DNA of 63,295 nt, counting the filler, from Dugesia japonica (taxonomy: Eukaryota): assembly GCA_001938525.1 (NCBI GenBank). It is 6 parts of 6 records of this genome, joined end to end, with 100 filler letters (N's around TTAATTAATTAA, not from the genome) between each part and the next. Parts side by side here need not be neighbours in the genome. Positions count along the whole stretch, not along the records: positions 49,987 to 63,295 come from MQRL01635326.1; 5 more parts are not named here. One strand, 5' to 3'. The position numbers were made by a program, and so were the translations under genes. This document shows, one piece after another, positions 56,580 through 63,295 of the stretch. Within the stretch, counting starts at the first letter, position 1; each line of letters opens with the position of its first letter. The notes beneath the pieces were generated by a model. It saw only the letters and a program-made list of their open reading frames with translations. It was not told where the DNA came from and did not search any database.

Positions 56580-56698
56580 CATTCGTTTTGATAAAACTTT
56601 ATAATTGAAATAAAACATAGACTTGTCTAATCCTTAATTTAAAATTTTATAAATGATTNTATTAACCTTTTGGATTTAAATCAAATTTCTATTGCAGA

Positions 56699-57043
56699 AT
56701 GGAGTCCATATGGGAACGGGTGATTGATCGGAGGACCCACCGTATAATTTTTAGGCGCCACCATAACCCTCATAATCGCGATGTGAGTATCTTGGTGGAT
56801 CAATCAAATTTACCACCCGTTGAAGCTACAGTCTCTCGCATACGTAACTTCGGCGAACGGCTTGATTATCAACAATGGAGTGGGCCAGTGCCTAATCACG
56901 CCACGCCTTTTAATTACCAACCTCCGGCCCCACCCCCAGTCGTGCAAGCCTTTATCACAAATTTACTCTGGGGTGTTCGGGAACCCACCGGGGTTGAAGA
57001 CTCTGAAAATACGGCTCGTGTGTCTGCCGTATCCACAAACTAA
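56699..57043 (+). CDS. Cassette ORF1-A, 114-aa orphan protein
   Basis: Acceptor TTGCAG|A-ATG; shares DRRT, NPHNRD, LVD..NLP, W.GP and AF....LW..R with ORF1-B; AATAAA downstream. Confidence 0.8.
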   Translation: MESIWERVIDRRTHRIIFRRHHNPHNRDVSILVDQSNLPPVEATVSRIRNFGERLDYQQWSGPVPNHATPFNYQPPAPPPVVQAFITNLLWGVREPTGVEDSENTARVSAVSTN

Positions 57044-57237
57044 TAGTTTTTATACTATTTGATGTTTAATTTAATAAATAAATGCGTGTCTTTAGTTAGT
57101 AGTAATCGGCTTCGCTCTTGTCATTATTTTAATAAAGGAAAATTTCTTGTACAATTATTAAGATTTTCTTTTTAAGGTTTTGAGTACTTCAGTAATTTCA
57201 ATAATGAGACCTTTAGTAAATAACTTCTATTTTGCAG

Positions 57238-57596
57238 TGTATTCCTCTCTGAACCGTCTTCCAGCTCCTACTAAGAAGATAAGAGACGCCAGCGAGGACC
57301 AAGAAATAACTTGGGACCTCTATCGCCTGACAAAGAGACGCTGGGAGTCCGAGATAGCCACTGCCAAAAGTAAAGTGAGCCGGTACAAAAGAAAATGTCT
57401 AGCCTTTAAGGCAGAAGCAGAAGCTTCACACAAACAGTAAAGAGTTTGGAAAGCTCAACTTGAATCTTTCACGGAAATTATCCGGTCTCTCCAAGACCGA
57501 GAGAATAAACTGGTCCAGGATATCCATAAATTGAAACTTGCAATGCCCCTCGAACCATTGATGGTCGACAAGGGTATCCAGGCTCCGAGAGCTTGA
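57238..57596 (+). pseudogene. Cassette ORF2-A, coiled-coil orphan, one nonsense codon (TAA 57438-40)
   Basis: Acceptor TTTTGCAG|TG TAT TCC. The frame continues after TAA as RVWKAQLESFTEIIRSLQDRENKLV...PLEPLMVDKGIQAPRA*, colinear with ORF2-B. Confidence 0.8.
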
Positions 57597-57751
57597 TATC
57601 TACCATTGTATAAATAAATGTTCTGTTATTAAAATTCATTTCATCACTGTTAATGTTCTGATATTAACATTTATTTTATTTTTGTTGCTTTTGCTTGGGT
57701 AATTGGTCAATTTGTCAACAAACGAATAAACTAATGTTATATCTTGTTTAG

Positions 57752-58157
57752 TGCGTTTCTTTATTTTTTATCACGTTTTTTTATCACGTTTCCAAACAGC
57801 TTAAGAAGATGTCACCATATTATGCGACGACTCTTAATCGAGCGACAACTTAAGCGAAAAACCGACCAAGCACTTCTGAAACACCTCAATCAGAGAGATC
57901 GATTAATAAAAAGGATGGACTTAATAGTCAAACGACAGGGCAGTTTGGCCGAGCAAACTAAGGTCCTGGCCCAAGAAACTCATTTACTATCGCAGCGAAA
58001 AATCGATTTCTTGAAACAATATATTGCAGATCTCTCCCATCAACTAGGAAACCCTACATGAGTCCAATGGGACGATAATTATGATTCGGCGTCGTTCAAT
58101 TTTTTGACGACCGATCCAGCCCAGTGGTTAGACTCGGGGGCATTGGATCTGATATAA
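57752..58157 (+). CDS. Cassette ORF3-A, coiled-coil orphan with TGA at 58059-61 and a conserved 31-aa in-frame extension
   Basis: Acceptor TTGTTTAG|TGC; LRRCH..RLIKRMDLIVKRQGSLAEQ..IDFLKQYIADLSHQLGN is homologous to ORF3-B. The 5' end is disturbed by a local TTTTTTATCACG duplication. Confidence 0.7.
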
Positions 58158-58654
58158 TTATTGTGTAAAATAAAGTGTGTCTAGTTTAACCTTTTCTCAC
58201 CTTTAATAAATTCGTAGTAATAGGGAAAATGGTGAACCCAAATCCAAAGGATTATGGGTGCGCACCTCTCATTAAGCGAGAGGTCAACCACCATAAACTG
58301 AATACCTAACCTAGGGGCGTTAGGTTAAAATTCTTGAAAGGGTCCCTTGAGGGCTGTTTTTTCCCCAGCCACGTTTTCTTCATCCCACTCAGGTGGAACC
58401 CCAACAGTATTGTTGGGGTCCTACCTGAGTTTGTGGTAGAAAAAATGTAGCTGGGGAAAAGACAGCCCTCAGGTGACCCTTTCAAAAATTNAATCTAAAG
58501 TCCCTATTTAGATTTTCGGCATAGATTGGTTGACCTCCAACACTTATTTGAGGTGCACACACGTATAGCTTTAGTTCCGTTCAACATTTTCCTTAATTAA
58601 CATTAACCAAAATCAATTAATAAATTATTAAAAACTGAGATTTATTTGGTGAAA

Positions 58655-59016
58655 TTACATATAACCAAAAGCACCCGGGTCTAACCACCGGGTTGGCTCA
58701 TCGTCTAAAAAGCCGAAGGCCGCTTCACCGTCGTTGTCATTCCAACGAATTCACGCCTCGTTTCCTAGTTGTCTAGATAGATCTGCTATATATAGTTGTA
58801 GGAAATCAATTATATGTTGTAACACTTGCTTCGCTTGTTCGGCCAACTCACCTTGTTTTTTAACTATCAGATCGGGTTTTTTGATCAATCGATTTCTTTG
58901 AGTGAGGTGTCTTAAGAGGGCGCGTTCATTCTGGAGCTTAATATGTCTTTCTTAAAGTAACTTCTGTATTAAACGATGACATCTGAGCAGACTAGTAGGT
59001 AGTTGGATACGAGGCA
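58655..59016 (-). pseudogene. Cassette ORF3-B (nonsense TAA 58952-54; conserved TGA 58751-53 plus 31-aa extension)
   Basis: TTGTTTAG|TG CCT; PRIQLPTSLLRCHRLIQKLL*ERHIK..RLIKKPDLIVKKQGELAEQ..IDFLQLYIADLSRQLGNEA*IRWNDNDGEAAFGFLDDEPTRWLDPGAFGYM*. Not in the ORF track. Confidence 0.78.
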
Positions 59017-59162
59017 CTAAACAAATAATAACCGTTAAGATAAAAGTTAAATTGAATATATCATAGTTTCAATTATGTCAATAAAGCCATCAAATCAAGA
59101 CAAAATAAATTAGCACAAATTCATGGAGTGTTTTATTTACAAATGAACAACATATGCAGAGC

Positions 59163-59518
59163 TCAGGGCCGCGATTTTTGAGTACCCTTATCTATCATAA
59201 GTGTCTCAAGTGGTATTCTCCTTCTTAATTCAAGAATGTCATTCACCAGTTTATTCTGACGGTTATGGAGGGACCGGATGATTTCCGCGAACGATTCTAC
59301 TTGTGTTTTCCACATTCTTTCCGCATAAGATGCCTCTGTTTCCGTCCTAAAGGCTATGCATTTCGACTTGTAACGTTTAACCTTGCTTTCTGCAGTAGAA
59401 GTGTCAGCTTCCCAACGGCGTTTGGCCAGCTTATACAGATCCCACTTCATTTCGAGATCTTCGCTAGATTACCGCACCTTTTTGATAGGGACCACTAACC
59501 AGTTAAGAGAGGAATGCA
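59163..59518 (-). pseudogene. Cassette ORF2-B (nonsense TAA 59469-71)
   Basis: TTTATAG|TG CAT TCC TCT; WDLYKLAKRRWE..SKVKRYKSKCIAF..ESFAEIIRSL..NKLV..PLETLMIDKGTQ. Confidence 0.8.
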
Positions 59519-59680
59519 CTATAAACGATAACAGTATTAATATACATGAACCTTAGTGATTTAAACAACGCATTAAAGATTATTATTTATTGTATAGTTA
59601 TAAAACAGAAGGAAGTAAAAATCAATACGCAACACTAATACAGAATTTTAATATTCATTATTTATAGACACAGAGATTAA

Positions 59681-60112
59681 TCAGAGAATAGATTCATTGC
59701 CGTCGTCAATATTAGAGTTTTCGGAACTACACCCTTCTTCACTATTACGGATGTTCCAAAGGTGATCTTGCACAAAGGCAGTTAAGTTTGAGGGCGGAGG
59801 AATTTGGTCGGTGATAAAGCCCACGACTGAAGGACCTTCCTGTCATGTCCGGATGGTTAGCGATTCACCATTCGTACCTATCCGTGTGGTAGTAGTTGCG
59901 TGGAAGACTACATGGGTACGGTCTGGTCCGTTCCATGAATAATACGCTGCTCGTTCGTTTGCATCCCATTCTCTCTCGTCGTTTCTCTCTTCCACTGGTA
60001 AATTAGTTCGGTCTACGAGGACCCCGGCATCGCGATTGTGCGGGTTCCTGAAGAGCTTAAAAACTGTGATCCCGGTTCTCCGATCTAGTACAACTTCCCT
60101 TTTATACTCCAT
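59681..60112 (-). pseudogene. Cassette ORF1-B (internal TGA 59843-45)
   Basis: TTTAG|A-ATG GAG. After the TGA the frame continues QEGPSVVGFITDQIPPPSNLTAFVQDHLWNIRN, matching ORF1-A PPPVVQAFITNLLWGVRE. Confidence 0.78.
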
Positions 60113-60263
60113 TCTAAATTCATAGTGAAACAATGAAACAGTGTGAAATAATCTATATTTACTAATATTGTTAGTGATAGAATAAGAGAGTCAAGAGATA
60201 TAAATTTGAAACTAGAAACTTTTATTATATCAACACAAAAATGACAAAAATGACAATAGAAAA

Positions 60264-60449
60264 TTATGGTTCAAGGTCTAAGTCCACCTCACAAGGAAGG
60301 GGGTACATTTCCTTGAAACATTGGAGGTCTAATTCATCCAGGGAGGGGACCATGTTGGGAAAGAGTAAATGAGCAATTAATTGCTTTTGCCGAGCTCGTT
60401 CTCGTTCTCGTCAAATAATTCTTAACGCCCGTACCAAAACGTCGGTCAT
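60264..60449 (-). pseudogene. Cassette ORF0-B, 61 codons (internal TGA 60411-13)
   Basis: TTGCAG|ATG; MTDVLVRALRII*RERERARQKQLIAHLLFPNMVPSLDELDLQCFKEMYPLPCEVDLDLEP*; AATAAA downstream. Confidence 0.75.
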
Positions 60450-63295
60450 CTGCAATAGATTTCTTATTAATTATGGATTTAGACATAAAAATGAGAGTAT
60501 GAAATTGATTGACCCACAACTTATTCAACCCTGAAAATTGATTTATTAACTAAAAAGAGTTGGAAATATAGTGAATATATAACAGGGCGCTAGAACTAAT
60601 ATCAGAAGTCAGAGTCATCGGGCGGTGTTGGTAACCATGGAAACGACAGGATAAGTAAACTTAAAAGTCAGCAATTACCACACTCGGAACCATTTTAATC
60701 GTAATAATGGTACATCAACCAGCTAGCATTAATAGATTTTATAGTAATAAAAAAACAACATCACATAGGTTTCCTAATAAAATTCCAGATGGGCTTATTG
60801 TGAAAAAACCTGTTCTGATAATCATGGTGATGGAAAACCAAATGTCCGTCCTTAACGGAAATTACCTATGATTACCCATGAAGTAATAATTGAATGTATT
60901 GCATAACTGAGAGACCTACGATTAGCATGAATCGAGATCAACTTATACTAAATAGTCGTTTAAAAATCATAATACGGATACCAATGTCGATAACATAACT
61001 GTCTCTACACAGAGGTAATAGCGATTGCTACTTACACGAAGTAATAATAAACACAATTCACCAATCTTAAATCTTGATATTAATTTTACCAATAATATTT
61101 ATTCCAACAATATTGATGTTAATGATGCAAGCACAGCTTGTCAACGCAGTGTGATCATGCGACCTTATTCGAGAAAACAACTTGAGTAAATNGTCTCCTT
61201 ACTTAATGCATGTGTTCTGATAATATATCCGGCATGTTGGTAAGTAATATTTTGCTTGTGTTCATAGCACTGTTAATGGAAAGCGCGTGAGTAATAGTTA
61301 AAAAATAATATGCCTGACTATGTTGTCTATATTTATATGACGTCGATTAGGAGAGGACAGCAATCCTCAACGATTGCGATTCATCATTCACCTTACTGTA
61401 CGACACATCTACTCGATTAACTAGTGTGCAGGCAATGCTAGTGAGTTCATCATGCAGTCATGAATTTGATCTGCAGATGTCGTGGGTGATTTTAGAGAAA
61501 AAAGGAAATATTGTTTTCTCCGTCTGTGTTGGATTTTAAATGATCGAGTTGGAGAAATCTCTACGACATGCCTTGGATTTATACTTGGAGGTTTATTCAT
61601 AAGTTGCTGGCTGGTTTGGAGTTGTTATAAAACGAAAAATCGAATTCAGTCATGGGATTTAAATCAGAGAGTATTATTTGGATGGAATTTTCTGCAACAG
61701 GAAAAATAATTTTCTATCTATCAATCTATCACTCAATGTGGCTAATTTTGTTTATAAATGGTTCAGCGTTGTAGGTGGAAAGAAGATGAATTTGAACTGT
61801 GCACTCAGCATTGTGACATAATGAATATCTGACTGAAATGTTAATAAAAATACATATTTAATCCTTGGCTTCTCATTTATACTTAAAAGTGGATTTAATG
61901 GTAATGTAATTTTACTTATAACAATATTTTAAACAAAATTTAAATTGATTTATAATAACATGTAATATAAAGTAACATGAGTTATATTTAATACATGGTT
62001 ATGATTATGACATAAAACCTGACTTTGTCAAATTTAGTTTCGGCTTTCTGTAACGGGTTTTTCTCCTTTAATTGCTATAATCTCAGTAAGTTCGTACGGG
62101 AATGAATTTTGTATTCCTTTTCTTAGTTTTCCTTTTAAATGAAATTAATTTTGACTGAACCAACGATAGGTTTACTTTCGAGCTTTCCAATCAATGTAAA
62201 AAATTCGGCTTATGAGTAATATGTAGATCCGTTTATTAGGTAATTACTGAACGGTAGTAAGTCTCTCTTTCTTTTCTTTAAACTAGTGATTAATCCTCTG
62301 ATACTTAGAGTTTTATGAAACGTTTGTTTTTTTGACTAAATATTTGCAGGCTTTTATAGCTTTCTCTATACAACCCGACTTCTTTCTTGTTGGCTGACTA
62401 CTTTTAGTTTGAATTTCTTGATTTTCATTGGGTTTTGGTCTAAGATTCTGAATTTTTTTTAACATTTTCTGCTACACCATTGGTGCCTATTTTTGAGGCA
62501 CCTTGTGATTTTTCTGTCTTTGTTTTATTTTTCTTTTCTGGCTCCTTATTGGCCCATTCTTCATATCCTTGTAGGTCTTCCTGATGATGATAAAATTTTC
62601 TTTTTCGACAATCCTATTGCCCCGTATTATTTTCTTTTCAGATTTTCTTATTACAGATCTCCATGATTTTCCTTGGCTGAGATAATCGACCAAAACTGCT
62701 TTTTGACTAATTTTGATTCTTTTTGGTTTAAAATTAATTAATATTTTCTTGTTAATTAATTGTTTTTTCNATAACAATTTTCTTGTTTTTTCTTAATACA
62801 TTCTAATTTTCTTTAATTATTGTGATTGAGTAGGGTTGAATTTATTTGTCTGATTTTTTCTTTCTGTCGTTTATTTTTCTTTCTGGTCTTTTTTCTTGTT
62901 ATAGCTCTAAACTGTTTATCCAACTGATTCGTATTTCTTTTCAAGCCTCTTCTGCATTATTTTTATATTTCGAGCTCTTGTCCCTCACTTTTTCTTTACT
63001 AGTCAGGTGTTTCACCCCAACAGTATTAACCAATCTCGTCAAATGTAGAACTTTGTACTCAACCAAAAACAACATCAAGTCTGAATATGAGAGACTATAA
63101 AGAAAATACTACATTGCAAGTAGAAGAAAGTTTGTCAAAATATCCTTCAAAAATTCAAAATGATACCATATTGAATTATGAATCCACATCGAATTTAGAT
63201 GAGACAATTGTAAATGTTGTTGAAATTTCTGAATTGAATAACAATGAATCGGAACATGAAAATAATGCTGAACTGCCACAAACTGTCACAGATAT

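Larger units (their letters stand above)
53756..58406 (+). mobile_element. Element A: 4651-bp insertion with 9-bp terminal inverted repeats and 4-bp TSD, carrying a four-gene cassette
   Basis: Starts TGTTGGGGTGAAACACC, ends GGAACCCCAACA; GTAT at 53752-55 and 58407-10. Confidence 0.88.
58411..63022 (-). mobile_element. Element B: 4612-bp diverged relative of element A, inverted
   Basis: Ends TGTTGGGGTC (58411) and GGTGTTTCACCCCAACA (63022); GTAT at 58407-10 and 63023-26; same gene order as A. Confidence 0.88.

Noticed and set aside
58157-58406. SECIS element explaining the ORF3 TGA
   Set aside because: The hairpins lie after the AATAAA and I see no conserved AUGA/GA quartet; not formally excluded.
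57238-59518. Spliced-leader AUG supplying the start of ORF2/ORF3
   Set aside because: A leader ending in AUG joins in phase 0; these acceptors are phase 1, so the product would be out of frame.
59681-60449. Alternative genetic code (TGA as sense) in element B
   Set aside because: B also has in-frame TAAs where A has sense codons, and TGA terminates ORF1-B and ORF2; ordinary decay explains it.
53756-63022. Assembly fold-back artefact, or one element with 4.6-kb TIRs
   Set aside because: The arms are heavily diverged, and each has its own two termini and GTAT flanks, including a central GTAT.

Overview
Very AT-rich, gap-ridden eukaryotic (metazoan) DNA. The tiny introns, (ATT)n microsatellites and repeat content suggest a planarian or other flatworm, but that is inference. 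The window is at least six segments joined by an artificial 100-bp spacer (N44-TTAATTAATTAA-N44). Host genes: an intronless ERI-1/3'hExo exoribonuclease, a five-exon partial CZIB/C1orf123 (DUF866) gene that is missing from the ORF track, and the first three exons of a Tbx2/3 T-box gene. Most of the rest is decayed mobile DNA: mariner, hAT and MITEs, Ty3/gypsy elements with ~100-bp LTRs, and Polinton/adintovirus fragments. The standout is at 53752-63026: two diverged ~4.6-kb elements with TGTTGGGGT...ACCCCAACA ends, stacked tail-to-tail at one site as GTAT-[A]-GTAT-[B inverted]-GTAT. I could recognise no transposase, integrase or RT in them. Both carry a conserved TATA box and the same ordered cassette of four small orphan genes. 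Each gene is a terminal exon with its own splice acceptor and poly(A) signal; two appear to get their ATG from splicing (A|TG), and one has a conserved in-frame TGA followed by a conserved 31-aa extension. Covarying hairpins sit at the 3' end. A distant homologue of the cassette proteins lies at 138-665.
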